A model generated the notes under the pieces. That model made no database searches. It was not told the DNA's origin and was given only the letters and a program-made list of their open reading frames with translations. From Andalucia godoyi And28 (taxonomy: Eukaryota; Protista; Jakobida), in NCBI GenBank assembly GCA_009859145.1, contig VRVR01000017.1:321107-385106 (forward strand): 64,000 bases of DNA, in the 5' to 3' direction. The position numbers were made by a program, and so were the translations under genes. Below, one piece after another: positions 31,451-42,962 of the stretch; positions within the stretch are counted from its first letter, which is position 1, and each line of letters starts with the position of its first letter.

Positions 31451-31908
31451 TTGCTGGTGTCTATTTAAAAAAAGGATCGCATAGTGTCTGATTGGTGGAA
31501 CCTCCCGTCACCCCAATGAGGAAAGGTGATTCGTTGCCGAGCAATGATTTATTCCCTATTCGGGCAGTTTTTTTTTTTTTTTTGTTGCAGCTCGTCCGTC
31601 TACAGCAAGCGAGTTTTTGGGCGGGCTTGTGCTTGTTTCGAATGAGCAGCACGTGCCGATTTCAGCATCTTGTCGTCGGAGGGTGGGGTAGGGTGTGGGG
31701 TGAGTGAGCGACGTTGTGACGCAGAGCCTTTATATATATATGTTTATATAAATTGCATGTATTCTACAACTTTCATAGAAAGAGCGAGATCGGCGACACG
31801 GGAGGCGGGTTGTTTTTTTAAATTGTGGTTTTGGTGTTGCGAAGAAAGTGTCTTCTTCAATGGCGAACCTGGTGCAATTTAAGGGGAGCGCAGCCAAAGA
31901 GATCCCCC

Positions 31909-33333
31909 CTAAGCAGTTCGCAGGAATTGGATTTGAAACAGAAACAATGCTGCGGCTCCCGCGGCTCCTGCGATGCGCAGAACAACGCGAACGGAGAGGT
32001 CCGTTCCGAAGAGCGTGAAAGAAACGAGGCACTGCTGCGTATTGGCGCAAAACTTCTTCAGCAGCAGCTCGTCTTCGGCAGATAGACACGCTTGTGACAG
32101 TGCGCATGGGGTGGAGGCAGGTTCTTCGGTTTGCAATTGCAACGAGGAACTCGATCGATTGAGTTCTTCTGAGAACCCAAGGAACAAGGATGCAGACTGG
32201 TGCCAAGTGGTATCCGATTCAGAGATGAACAGTTTGCGATGGTGTCCCTCGATGGAGCCGAGTTGGACGGTAGAGCATAAGAACACGAATTTTTGTAACT
32301 GCTCTGTCGCTTTGGACCCATGGAGCAGTGACCACATGAAACCAATGGACAGCATGCAGCACGCCGCAACGCCAGCACTGACACCCTCTGTGTCCCTCTC
32401 AAACGCATACATGATGGAAAACGAAAAGGACAGCGCCACGGAAGACACTGAAGTTAGAAGCAGCACGGAAAGAGAGTTGCATAGAGGGGGAAGCGATCGC
32501 TGCATACGGACAAAGAGTTTCAGAATGTTTGAAATCTTCGATGCATACACGACCTCTTGATGAGCCGCCGCAGGGACTTCTGGATGCCCGATGACGAGAG
32601 TAAACAAATCATTGGTGAGAATTTTTGCGTGCAGCCGAACATGCATCGCAAAGAAGACATACAGTGCATTGCAGCACACAAATGACGCAGCCGAAACTGC
32701 GATTGCAGGTACGGAAAGAAGTCCTGCAAACACAACAAATAACTCGCTTGCATTCTGTTGCAAATACCTCAACGACAACATCACGGTGCTCGTAACAGCC
32801 AGCGACAGCGAAAACAATACAACAAACCAGCCTGCAAACTTTTCAGCATTCTTGAAGTACAGCACGTCTTTGACCTTGGATGGCGACACAATATGTGTGT
32901 GCAGTGCAGGCTTCAAGCTGCCGAACCCGATCCAGGCCGGAATCAAGGACAAAGTGAGCAGCACCACCAGACAGATGATCAGAACGATACCAGAATTGCC
33001 CGGCGCCGTGGGCTCCATAGTTGCCTGCATGTACGACCCAAGGATGAGACACATAGAGCTCATCATGATGCACGCGCGCATGACGACGATGAGATGTGAC
33101 GGCAAATGCGCTCCAGGACTGCAATATCCCCCAACAAATGCAAGGGATCTCCAGACGAGACTCACAGGTGGGCCGTCGTGGGGCAGATTGTCGTCGAGCA
33201 GTCCTTGATTAAGCAGACGGGCTCGGTGTGCATCAACCCATAGAGGCTTTGAACGTACTGCTTGAAGAACGCAGTATGCAAATCCCACATTCACAACTCC
33301 GCACAGGACAAGGAACACGTAGAAGATGATCAT
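31909..33333 (-). CDS. Multi-pass membrane protein, gustatory-receptor-like (GRL/7TM ion channel) candidate
   Basis: 7-8 hydrophobic segments. C-terminal FTLFGTDLSVRVVLRIAGAAGAAALFLFQIQF resembles the GR TM7a/7b signature (Fxx.G.f.i......i.g...ty.iil.QF). Confidence 0.55.
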   Translation of the reverse strand: MIIFYVFLVLCGVVNVGFAYCVLQAVRSKPLWVDAHRARLLNQGLLDDNLPHDGPPVSLVWRSLAFVGGYCSPGAHLPSHLIVVMRACIMMSSMCLILGSYMQATMEPTAPGNSGIVLIICLVVLLTLSLIPAWIGFGSLKPALHTHIVSPSKVKDVLYFKNAEKFAGWFVVLFSLSLAVTSTVMLSLRYLQQNASELFVVFAGLLSVPAIAVSAASFVCCNALYVFFAMHVRLHAKILTNDLFTLVIGHPEVPAAAHQEVVYASKISNILKLFVRMQRSLPPLCNSLSVLLLTSVSSVALSFSFSIMYAFERDTEGVSAGVAACCMLSIGFMWSLLHGSKATEQLQKFVFLCSTVQLGSIEGHHRKLFISESDTTWHQSASLFLGFSEELNRSSSSLQLQTEEPASTPCALSQACLSAEDELLLKKFCANTQQCLVSFTLFGTDLSVRVVLRIAGAAGAAALFLFQIQFLRTA

Positions 33334-33779
33334 CAGTGCACAGACCAGCCAGTAACGTGCGATTAACGGCAGCAGGGAATCGGGTTACTCAGCAGCAACA
33401 ACAACGATGTGGACGACGATGGCGAGAAGAAGAAGGGTACATTGTGTCTCATGTTTCGCAGAGGCCTTTTCAATTCACGGAAACGCCTCGGTTAGCGGAA
33501 AGTACCATACATACAGAGAAAAATCGGAATTCCGCAATCCAAATATGACACCCCCCCCATCTCCTTCCCCACCTGCAAAAACGCTTTGCCAAGAAAGTCG
33601 GGGCCTGACAAAGAATCCTCCGACAAGAATCCTCCGACAGGCAAAGGGTTTTCTGAGAAACGAGTCTCGCCCAGAAACTGCACACCGCGTGACCTTCGAC
33701 CGACAATGCAAAGACAATTTTGGAAAGTATTCAAGAAGGAGTGCTTTTGGTGAGAGCGGGCGGTCTGGGACAAGAGGGA

Positions 33780-34289
33780 ATGTCGCATGATAATCGCCCG
33801 ATTCGATCGACCGGGACATACAATTTAGACGCACTGGACGCAGAAATGGAAGAGGATTACGACGAAGACGTCCGAGATGCGTTGATGCAGCAGTGGTGGA
33901 TTTCGTTTGTCGACGGAAAGCGCACTGATTCGCAGTCGCGGTCTGCAGAGCGGCTTCAAATCCTGAATCGAAGAGCACGGATAAAGGGGTTTCTTCCTCC
34001 TGCAGATTTTGTAAAGATCAAAAAGACGCTGTTCAAGCCTGGAGCGGCGGACAACGACGGCAAAAGCAGTGTCCACCAAGAATGCAGTGTCTGCTACGAT
34101 GAATTCAAAGGGAACGATGGATTACGGATGCTCAAGTGCGGCCATGTGTTTCACGACGTGTGCTTGCGGGATTGGATGCTGCAGAGTTATGTGTGCCCGT
34201 TGTGTCGAGACGACCAAAGATCTGCAGACACACTTGCTCGAATGAGGCAAGAAGATCTCGACGATGCAGACGTCCTCGAGGAAAGTTGA
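33780..34289 (+). CDS. RING-H2 E3 ubiquitin ligase
   Basis: CSVCYDEF...LKCGHVFHDVCLRDW...CPLCR. Confidence 0.9.
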   Translation: MSHDNRPIRSTGTYNLDALDAEMEEDYDEDVRDALMQQWWISFVDGKRTDSQSRSAERLQILNRRARIKGFLPPADFVKIKKTLFKPGAADNDGKSSVHQECSVCYDEFKGNDGLRMLKCGHVFHDVCLRDWMLQSYVCPLCRDDQRSADTLARMRQEDLDDADVLEES

Positions 34290-34500
34290 CGTTCCCACCC
34301 CTCTCTTTTGTTGTAATGTATATGAGTGATGTATGCTATTCAGACGCAAGCCAATCGTTTATCACGGAACACGGAATGTCCCCCAGGAGTGAGTGAAACA
34401 GAAGAAAAGAAGAAGGACCAAGTGTGTGTTGTTCTTGCGTGCAACAGATTATGCAGTATTTGTAAGTGGAGGAAATGGTATGTGTGGGAGCGAATGAGAA

Positions 34501-35703
34501 TCAAAAGGGGGCAAAAGCAATCGTCACTGGCGAAAACGTGTCAAAAGCGGATGCGAGAGCAAGATTTCCCGATTTCCCATCGATCGCAAACACGGTGATG
34601 TTGTGCGACTCTTGGTTCGCAACAAGGAGCCATTCGCCACTGGGAGTCATCATGAAGTTGCGTGGGATGCTTCCACCGCAGTCCACATGACTGTGTACGC
34701 TCAGCAAGCCCGATTCGGCATCAATCGACATGACTGCAATCGAATTTTGTCCGCGAATCGACACGTACAAGAAGTTTCCTGAAGGATGAACCAGAATTTG
34801 AGCGCAGTTGCTTTGCTTCTTCGAGTTGTCGTACCCTTCTGGCAAGCAGGACTTGGCTTCCAGGACCCGGTAGCGACTCGGTCCCACTGCAGCAGACATC
34901 GAGACAGCAAACACCTGGCAGTCAATCTCTCCGACGACATAAAATATGGGAAGAGAAGGATGAAAGTCCATGTGTCGTGGTCCCGAAGCCCGACTCAGCA
35001 CGACATCTGTATCGGCCAATCGTTCCCATTTCCCACGACCCTGCCGCAAAAACACTCGCACGCGGTCGGTTCCCTTGTCGGGCACAAACAAGGTGTCGGA
35101 CGCAGCGTGGAACCGAGCTTGGTGTGCATGGGGTGCATCTTGATCTGGGCCCAAGATGCTACCACCGTCCGCATCGGTTGCCTCCAGATTGAACACCGCA
35201 CACGCATCTCCAAGAGTACCGTCAGGTGATATTGTGTAAATGGACAACGATCCGTTCGAATAATTAGGGACGGCGAGAACAGTTTCCGACTGGTCAAGCT
35301 CACAATGCACGGGAGCGCTCCCAAACGACGACGACTCGGAAGCAAGTATCAGGTCATGCGCTGCTTTTGGTGCTGTCGCAGTCGCTGCAGTCGAAGACGA
35401 ACAAGGGGCTATATGGAAGCATGCAACACGGCCATTTTCCACTTCATTCACAACATAGAGCTTGGATCCGCAACGATTCGTGCAGACCCATGCGGGATTT
35501 TCACCAACAGAAACGGGCGGCTTCAGCTCAGAAAGCGTTCCTGTCGATAAATCCAGCGCCGCTTGCGTAACCCCAAGTCCTTTTCCATCCGGCACATGCG
35601 GCAGCTTCTGTGTATAGCATCCTACCCACACTCGAATCCGCAAATCATCACCACCCGTTCTCATTTCTGTTCTCTGCCCACCCTCACTTCTCGTCATCTC
35701 CAT
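34501..35703 (-). CDS. 6-phosphogluconolactonase (Pgl/YbhE-type 7-bladed beta-propeller lactonase)
   Basis: VWVGCYT, ENPAWV, APHAHQ, VPDKGTD, SGPRHMDFHP, FLYVSIRG, IPRNF, LLVANQES. Start codon uncertain. Confidence 0.9.
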   Translation of the reverse strand: MEMTRSEGGQRTEMRTGGDDLRIRVWVGCYTQKLPHVPDGKGLGVTQAALDLSTGTLSELKPPVSVGENPAWVCTNRCGSKLYVVNEVENGRVACFHIAPCSSSTAATATAPKAAHDLILASESSSFGSAPVHCELDQSETVLAVPNYSNGSLSIYTISPDGTLGDACAVFNLEATDADGGSILGPDQDAPHAHQARFHAASDTLFVPDKGTDRVRVFLRQGRGKWERLADTDVVLSRASGPRHMDFHPSLPIFYVVGEIDCQVFAVSMSAAVGPSRYRVLEAKSCLPEGYDNSKKQSNCAQILVHPSGNFLYVSIRGQNSIAVMSIDAESGLLSVHSHVDCGGSIPRNFMMTPSGEWLLVANQESHNITVFAIDGKSGNLALASAFDTFSPVTIAFAPF

Positions 35704-36239
35704 CTCCGAACGATCACTCTCCAAGCCCGCAGCCGGCCAGCGTCCACTTGCCTGCCAATTGCCAAAGGGCCCAGTCGCGCAAACCCCAGTCAGCTCCGCA
35801 GCATCAAGCGCCGGCACCTCACGGTTTCGGAGAATTTGAGTCTGTCAAGAAATCAACACAGCCAGTGCGCTGCCCAACAACCCAACTTGATTTACGTCCT
35901 GGAAACCCAGATGCGAAACATCATCAACAAGAAGAGCCAAAGCGCTAAAAAAACAAAAAAACCCCAAAAAAGAAAGGAAAGGTGAGGAGGAATTAAAAAC
36001 GAGGAAGAGAGAAAAAAAGCAGTCTTTTAATTAAAAAAAAAAAAAAGGGTAGGAGAAGCATCTGTGCGGGATGGTATTTTTTGTTTAGTTTGTTGTTTTG
36101 GAAAGATTTTTGCTCTCTAGACTTTGCATTCCTAGAATTCATTTGCATTCGCACTACCGCAGCCGATAATTTTTGTACATAAGAATTAGTAAGAAGTGGT
36201 AGCAGGTTGAAAGAGCGCGTGTTGCAGAGTTTATTAGAA

Positions 36240-37515
36240 ATGGAGCCGATAACGAGTCTTATTCCGGAAGACAGCTACGCAACTGCACAAGGGGATTCAG
36301 CAAGGCAAGTATCCCAAGACTTTCTTGCTGGTGTTCTTGGAGGCTGTGTAGCTCAAATCATCGTATGCTTGTTCAGTTTATCCCGCGTGTTTGCGCATTT
36401 TTGGTTGCGGTTCCATGGTTACTCACACGTTATTCCGGTTTCTTTAATTATTTTATTATTTACATGTGTTTTTGCGTGGTTGGTTGGTTGGTTGGTTGGT
36501 TGCGGTCTGTGCTTGATGTGTGGGAAACAAACACGCGGTGTGATTATAACAACAATGGATGGTTGATGAGAACAACGATTAGACCCATCCTTTGGATACA
36601 GTCAAGACTCGTCTTCAGACGCCGAGCTTTGCGATGCGGTATCATTCTTCAACGGTGAATGCAATGTGCAAAATTCCGGTTCGTTCGTTGTTTTCGGGAC
36701 TCACACCGCTTCTGGTGGGCCAGGCTCCAGCCTCTGGACTGTATTTCGCGGTATACGAGCTGATCAAAACCGCGGCGCTGATGCACCTTCCAGACCAGTG
36801 TTATGCGCCGATTGTACATTTTGTTGCAGGTGGAATCGGCGATGTGGTGTCATCTGCCATTATTGTCCCGACAGAGATCCTCAAACTGCGGATGCAAACG
36901 TACGATGAATCGAACGGGGCAAAGAGACCGCGCATGCTTCAAGAAGCACGATCAATATATGCGACAAGCGGAATCCGAGGCCTTTATCGTGGGTGGTTTG
37001 CCACGTGTCTTCGCGATGGGCCATATTCAGCATTTCAATTTTTGTTCTACGAATATTTGAAAGAATGGACGTTTTCGGCGCTTCAAGCACCAGTGAATCC
37101 TGTACGGGTGCTTCATGGTGAGAGCCGGCGGGGAGCAGCGACGTCAGAAGAAAGGACGCCTACGCTTGGGCAGTTGATTCCGGGTTGGAGCTCGCTGTCT
37201 CGCGAGGCACAGGCGGCGATTGTTGCGCTATGGAGTGGGGGCTTGGCAGGCGGGGCTGCGGCTGCACTGACCAATCCGTTGGATGTGGTCAAAACGAGAC
37301 TTCAGCTCAACACAGTTCCTGTTGGAATTTCGCACACTGGGAAGGTGGGAATCGCAGAAATGACCAAGCTGATGTGGCGACACGAAGGATTCAAGTCCTT
37401 TGCCTCCGGAGTGCTTCCACGGACTGTCTGGATGACTGCAGTGACGTCGCTCACCTTTGCATTCTACGAGGCATCGCGTGTGTATCTGCAAGGCCATTGG
37501 CTTGGAAAGACATGA
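36240..37515 (+). CDS. Mitochondrial carrier family protein (exons 36240-36362 and 36583-37515)
   Basis: Splicing joins GGCVAQII to THPLDTVKTRLQ in frame. Three PX[DE]XX[KR] signatures. Confidence 0.92.
36363..36582 (+). other. Spliceosomal intron (220 nt, GTATGC...GATTAG)
   Basis: Removal restores the carrier motif in frame. Confidence 0.88.
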
Positions 37516-37809
37516 CCCGCAAGACTACTTTTTTGATGATCAGCACCAACTTGGCGTTTCGTTTCGTTTCGTTTCGTTTCCCGTACTCCCCGCATCTTCT
37601 CAATATTTATTAACGTCTAGTTTAGTTTGATGTTTGTTGTGACATATCCAAGAGCAAACTTCCACCAGTAAATTTTCTCTGTGTACATGCGTGTTCGTCA
37701 GGTAATCAGCCTCATGACCTGCAGCCAGCAACGGCCATGAAGTACCATTATTGCATCACAGAAGAAATGCTTGACCGTTTTGTGGATCAGCATTGAAAAC
37801 CAAAAAACA

Positions 37810-38035
37810 AACAACGTCATACCGGAAGTTTGTTTATCTGAACCCAAAACATCTCATGGCCCCGTAGAGGGATGTTCCCAATAAACTCAAACCCGGCCAT
37901 GCCCGAAGATGCCGAGAACCAAGAAACTCGTGGTTGCGATGACCCTTTGATGCACGGCAGTCTGCATGGAAGAGTGGGTGCTCGTCCCAAATTGAATCTG
38001 TCTTCGGTGACAGTTCAGCCCGATGATGATCCATA
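37810..38035 (-). mobile_element. Repeat family A copy 3 (diverged, internally deleted)
   Basis: Retains IWDEH, the structured core and aaacttccggtatga, but lacks about 200 nt containing the RuvC-III-like segment. Confidence 0.75.
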
Positions 38036-38216
38036 ATGAATCATGTTTTGACAACCTGTTGTAACATTAGAATTCCGATGCCTGCTTCAAACCGGTGGGG
38101 AATTCCAGTTTCACGCCGCCTGACGCCCCAAAGAAAACAAAAACACAAGCGAAAACCGTGCACTGATAAACAGCTCGGAAGTGGTTTTGTGTTTGCTTGC
38201 TTGTTTGCGTGTGTCT

Positions 38217-38280
38217 TGTGGTTGCGTGTGGTTGCGTGTGGTTGCGTGTGGTTGCGTGTGGTTGCGTGTGGTTGCGTGCG
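38217..38280. repeat. (GTTGCGTGTG)x~6 minisatellite
   Basis: Direct reading. Confidence 0.95.
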
Positions 38281-38325
38281 CGAGTTGCTTGCGTTCGGGA
38301 ATGGATGGGAAGAGAAGTGGAGTGA

Positions 38326-38595
38326 ATGGGGTTCGTAATGTCGAGTACGTTTCGTAGAGTTCAAGTGATTGTGAATCACCTTTCCTCTCGGCCGTCACAT
38401 GGAGACGCAGGGTCGCCGAGCGGCCTCGTAGCAGATGCGAAACATGCTCAATGGGAACAGCGATTTCATGCGCTCCAAACACCCGATGGACGGATTGAGG
38501 ATCAGGATGGGGACAGTGCAGATGGGTTTTTCGTAGCCTCTCGCGACGGGTCGCTCCGTGCTGTCCCCATTGTGCGAGCTCGAAAACCAAATTGA
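38326..38595 (+). CDS. Possible small protein with a PTS2-like motif; strand assignment ambiguous
   Basis: RVQVIVNHL fits the PTS2 consensus. An equally open antisense frame exists. Confidence 0.3.
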   Translation: MGFVMSSTFRRVQVIVNHLSSRPSHGDAGSPSGLVADAKHAQWEQRFHALQTPDGRIEDQDGDSADGFFVASRDGSLRAVPIVRARKPN

Positions 38596-38885
38596 GACGA
38601 TTCAGTGTCCCGTTTTTCAAATATGCTCCGTCCATACGTTCTTCTTTCTTCTCTCGCCGACAAGCGCTGTCGGGTCCGCCATGGGCATTCAAAATGTGGG
38701 CCAGAAGGACGTGCAACCAACCAAAAGAATAATGTAAATGAAAAAAAAAAATGGAGGGGAAAAGAAAAGAAAGGAGTAGACTAATTTCCAAACTGAAATG
38801 CAATTTTTTACGAAAAACAGCATTGTTCAATGCAAAAAAAAGAAACGCCGCTGTTTGGCTGGACGTTTCTCCAAACGCACTTGTC

Positions 38886-39767
38886 TTAAACAATGTTGTA
38901 CTTTGCCTTGATCTGGGCGACACGGTTTGCACGTGCCTTGCGGTTGACCTTGGAAAGAACAAACTTCTTGGTCGCGGCATACTCCTCGGCAGTCTTCTTC
39001 TGGGTGGGGACGGCATCCGGGTTCTTGCGGATGTTTGCGTGGACCTGGGTGTAGGTTTTCTCGAGGTCCTCAGCCTTGATACCAGCCTTGATGAACTGAG
39101 AGAACTGGCGTGCATAGCGCTCCTGATCCTCGGACTGGAGAGACTTCATGTAGGCAGCAACATGTCCTCCGAAGATGTACTTCCGGAGAACAGCGGCGTC
39201 AAACTTCTCCTCCTCCTTGTTGTATCCCGGGAAGCGCTTCTCCTTGTGGGGGATCTGGACTCCTCCATCAACGGCACCCTTGAGAACTCCAAAGGCACGG
39301 TTTCCGGTGGTAGTACGGGTCAGACCAACGTCCAGGATGGCCTTGAACGGACGACCGTTCTCGCCATCGGCAATTTCGGTGAACTGCCCGTTGACCTTGG
39401 TAACTCCCTGGAAAGCCTTGTCGAGGTTCAGCTTCTTGAGCGCTCGGCGAGCAACCAAGAGACCAGTGGCATAGGCGGCGGCGTAGTTGGTAAGACCGAA
39501 CTTGAGGCCATAGTTGGGGAGCTCGTGCGAGTACGCGGCAACAAGAACCTCGTCGTGGTCAATCTTTGCAGAAATGATCTGGGCAATGATGTCCTTGTTC
39601 GTGAAACGGACGACAAGGCGGTACTTGGGTGCGTTGAACTTGTTCTTCTCCTGAACAACCAGGCGCTTACGGGCATAGTAGTCAGTCTTTCCCTCGCGAC
39701 GGCGACGGAACAGGGTCTGGAAACGCTTGAAGTACGCCTTGTTCTTAACGGCACGGACGAAAACCAT
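38886..39767 (-). CDS. RPL5: 60S ribosomal protein L5 (uL18)
   Basis: [30 protein letters not shown]; [15 protein letters not shown]; GAVDGG. Confidence 0.99.
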   Translation of the reverse strand: MVFVRAVKNKAYFKRFQTLFRRRREGKTDYYARKRLVVQEKNKFNAPKYRLVVRFTNKDIIAQIISAKIDHDEVLVAAYSHELPNYGLKFGLTNYAAAYATGLLVARRALKKLNLDKAFQGVTKVNGQFTEIADGENGRPFKAILDVGLTRTTTGNRAFGVLKGAVDGGVQIPHKEKRFPGYNKEEEKFDAAVLRKYIFGGHVAAYMKSLQSEDQERYARQFSQFIKAGIKAEDLEKTYTQVHANIRKNPDAVPTQKKTAEEYAATKKFVLSKVNRKARANRVAQIKAKYNIV

Positions 39768-40093
39768 TTTTGAATTGCTATTATACGGGGCGATACGTAG
39801 AACACGGTCTGGAAAAAGAGTCTCAGGGTGCTATTCCTACAATATAATTGCCAAGAGGAGAAAAAGAAAAAAAAAAAAAGAAAAAAAGGAGAAAAGAACA
39901 ACGAAAAGAAAAGAAACAGAACAGAAACAAGAAAAAACAGCAGAGAATAGAGGTCGGAATTCACGGAGAGCGGTGCGGTGAAGGTGCGTGAGTGCCCCAA
40001 GCTTTAAAAATGGTGGGCCATTTGAGGATCCTCTTTTTTCTTTTTTCTTTTATTGTTCTGCTGAGCTGCTTTCTGTCGGACACTTTTTTCCCT

Positions 40094-40127
40094 CAAGACC
40101 TAACCCTAGACCTAGGGTTACGTCTTG
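40094..40127. promoter_or_regulatory. Palindromic telo-box-like element upstream of RPL5
   Basis: CAAGAC-C-TAACCCTAG-AC-CTAGGGTTA-C-GTCTTG, an inverted repeat of telomere-type motifs about 330 nt upstream of the RPL5 ATG. Confidence 0.5.
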
Positions 40128-40296
40128 TTAAGCTAAATAACTACAGCAGGCAGAGCTGACAAAACACAGTGGCATACGAAATCTATGCTTGGGGCGGGGG
40201 ACGGTGGGTCCGTTGAAGACCAGCCACGCCAGTTTTGAAACGGCAATAACTTTTAAAAAGGCATAATAGGATAGAATATAGAGCTACGTGTGTACT

Positions 40297-41083
40297 TCAG
40301 CTGCTGGGGGTCTGCTGGTTCGGCAGATGCAGATCACCTGCAGGAGTGGGGGGCTGCACGGGGCCAGCGGAGTGCGGTGGCGCCTGTTGGTGCGATGTTG
40401 CGTGTTGCTGAGGAGACGCGTGAGAACCGACACCGACAGCACCATGCTGAGCCTGGACTTGGGGTCCTCCCCTTCCAAGGTTATTGACAAACGTTGTCAA
40501 CAACTGCGGATTGTTCTGCAGGAGAGTGAGAATGTACGGATTCATAATTGCCATTTGAGGAGCACCACCGCCAAACCCAGGGTGCATCATCGACGCGGCG
40601 TGCTGCTGCTGCTGCTGGTCAACATTGGGACCCATAACTGGCATCGCTTGTGAAGCAGGACCCGCATTGCCCGAATTCTGCTGGAGCTGCTGTTGCCGCA
40701 AAAACTGCTGCTGCATCAGCAATTGCTGCTTGTTCATTTGTGCAACATAGGAAGCATACACTGCTGCTTGGGCCTGTTGCATCTGCAAAGCATGGTAGTA
40801 ATTCAAATAGTCCACGCTTGACATCCCCGCAACGGGTGCCGCACTGCCCTGACTCGAGCCGTTGTTTCCAGCATGTCCAGACATCATGTAGCCCGCAGGG
40901 GGATACGGACCAGGCACAAACTGATGCGACTGTGGACGACTGCCTCCTCCTCGCTTATTGGAGGACGCAGAGTCGTGGCGCTTTCGAGAAGACGAGTCTT
41001 TTCTCGCTGGTCTTCTTCGTCCAGAACGCGGCCTATTGTCGAAAAGATCTTCATAATCCTCATCTTCATCTACAACGACACTG

Positions 41084-41115
<32 letters not shown>

Positions 41116-42672
41116 CAATACAACATCTTCGTCGTCGTCATCTGTTTTTCTGCGTCGCTTGCGTGGCGCTTCTTGTACATCAGAGTCACTCTGCGCATCA
41201 TCCTCGACAATGTGTTGTCTCTTCTTTTTCTTCTCCGCGCCACCGTCTCTCTCAGCATCCACATCCCAGTCGACTTCTTCATCCAATTGACGCCTGCGGC
41301 TGTTGCGACCTCCTTTCGGCTTTGTGCCTGAACCAAGCTCCACTGCTTCCAGCGCCTTTTGTTGTTCCAACAGCCGTTTCTTCCCTTCTTCTCCTTCGGT
41401 ATTGAGAATCGCGTCTTCAATGAGCCTGTCCAGCTCCTCTTCCTGTCCATAGAATCTGCTAGTGCCTCTGGACCTGGAAGTTCGACGTTCGGTTCGCTCC
41501 ACCTCTTCCAATTTTGTTCGGATGATGTCTTCCCTAGTTTGCTGAACGAAGATCTCACGCAGGCGAGTACTACGTCGATTCCCTTCTTTCTCATCTCTTT
41601 CAATCTCTTCCTGTACAAGTCTGTTGATTTCTTCCTCGTCCAGTTGAATTTCGGCTTTCTTCTCCTTCTCCTTCTTCTTCGATTCCTCCTGTTCTTCGGC
41701 CTCCTCGTCATCCTCTTCAGCACCATCCGGGCCCTTGTCGCCACCTGAGCCGTTTGCACTCCGCAGATTTCGTAATTCCCGAGTTCCGTGGAGCTTCTTC
41801 TTCTCGGCCTTTTCCTCTTTCCTGACGGCCTCTTCTGCCTTTTGTACATACTCCGATTCTTCTAAGCAAAACTCCCGAAGTTGTCTGCACTTTGCATCCT
41901 TCACGGACAAAGAAGACGCAAACGCCTTCATTTCCTCCCACGTGGAACAGACTACTTCCCACACTTGCGTCTTTATGCGCTCGCGATACATTCTACAGGC
42001 GTCCGGATCATCTCGTTGCGAGAACACGTAATATTCATATCCAAGATACCGGAAGGACGGTTTTGGCCTCAAAATATCAACATCAAACAACCGGCCCCGC
42101 ATGCATCTTTCCACATCAGGATTGTCTTCCATGGCATGCCACACAATGTTGACGAGAATTTCCACGCGCTTGGGGGTTGGAGCAAGCCACACAGACGAAT
42201 GCTCCAGCTGAAACTCCTCTGGAAACTCCGTCAGAAACTTCCGGAGAACAGGGGCGTAAGTACTTCGAGTCACTTTCGGATACTTGCGGTTCGCCTGCCG
42301 CAACAGTGTAAGAAGCGCGACAATTATATTCTCGATGAGAGCCATGGGCTTTCCCGACCGGCTGTCAAGACATTTTTCCAAATCAACTGCCGAGAAAACA
42401 GGCATCTTGTCCAGGTCGCAATATACGCGAAGAAACCGGCACATTGCACAGAGCACAGCAGTCGAAAACAACTGGCATGCCGGTGTCGACGCTTCCACCT
42501 TGTCTTCCACCACAGCTTCTTCGGAGCCGCCTTCTTGATCTGACACGGATCCAGCATCTGAAGTTGCATCATTATCCGATTCCACGCCGTCTTCCTGTAC
42601 TGCTGCTTTTGGCTCACGTCCCTGTTCAACCTCGCGGCGCTTCGAGAGTCCTGTATCGTCCTCCGAAGTCAT
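40297..42672 (-). CDS. DDT-WHIM-WSD chromatin-remodelling (ISWI partner, RSF1/CECR2-like) protein
   Basis: AMCRFLRVYCDLDKMPVFSAVDLEKCL (DDT-like), KRVEILVNIVWHA (WHIM1-like), YYVF..CRMYRE..WEVVCSTWEEM (WSD-like), acidic and Q-rich tails. Confidence 0.7.
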
Positions 42673-42861
42673 TCTCCTTTGGCCACCTCTGTACCTGCAA
42701 TCTCTGCTGTCCCCACCACGAACTGCGAATGTGTGGGAAATATACCAACTTTCTTCTAATGCCTTGAATCAATTCACCAGTATCTGCAGCCCAGAATAAA
42801 GCATGGAATGCTGTACCAAAACAACAGAAGATAAACATAAAAGAAGGAGGGAGAAAAAACA

Positions 42862-42874
42862 GAAAGAAAGAGAC

Positions 42875-42958
<84 letters not shown>
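42862..42958. repeat. (GA)n microsatellite with GACA interruptions
   Basis: Direct reading. Confidence 0.95.

Positions 42959-42962
<4 letters not shown>

Noticed and set aside
38020-38125. Possible C/D snoRNA (ATGATGA...CTGA) with CAGTTTCAC complementary to SSU rRNA
   Set aside because: The complementarity is only 9 nt and not adjacent to box D, there is no terminal stem, and the region overlaps repeat copy 3.
38217-38280. Regular repeat considered as a CRISPR-like array
   Set aside because: It is a pure 10-mer tandem repeat with no spacers. No CRISPR array or cas gene is in the window.
38751-39773. 340-aa plus-strand ORF
   Set aside because: It is the antisense shadow of RPL5, caused by biased codon usage.
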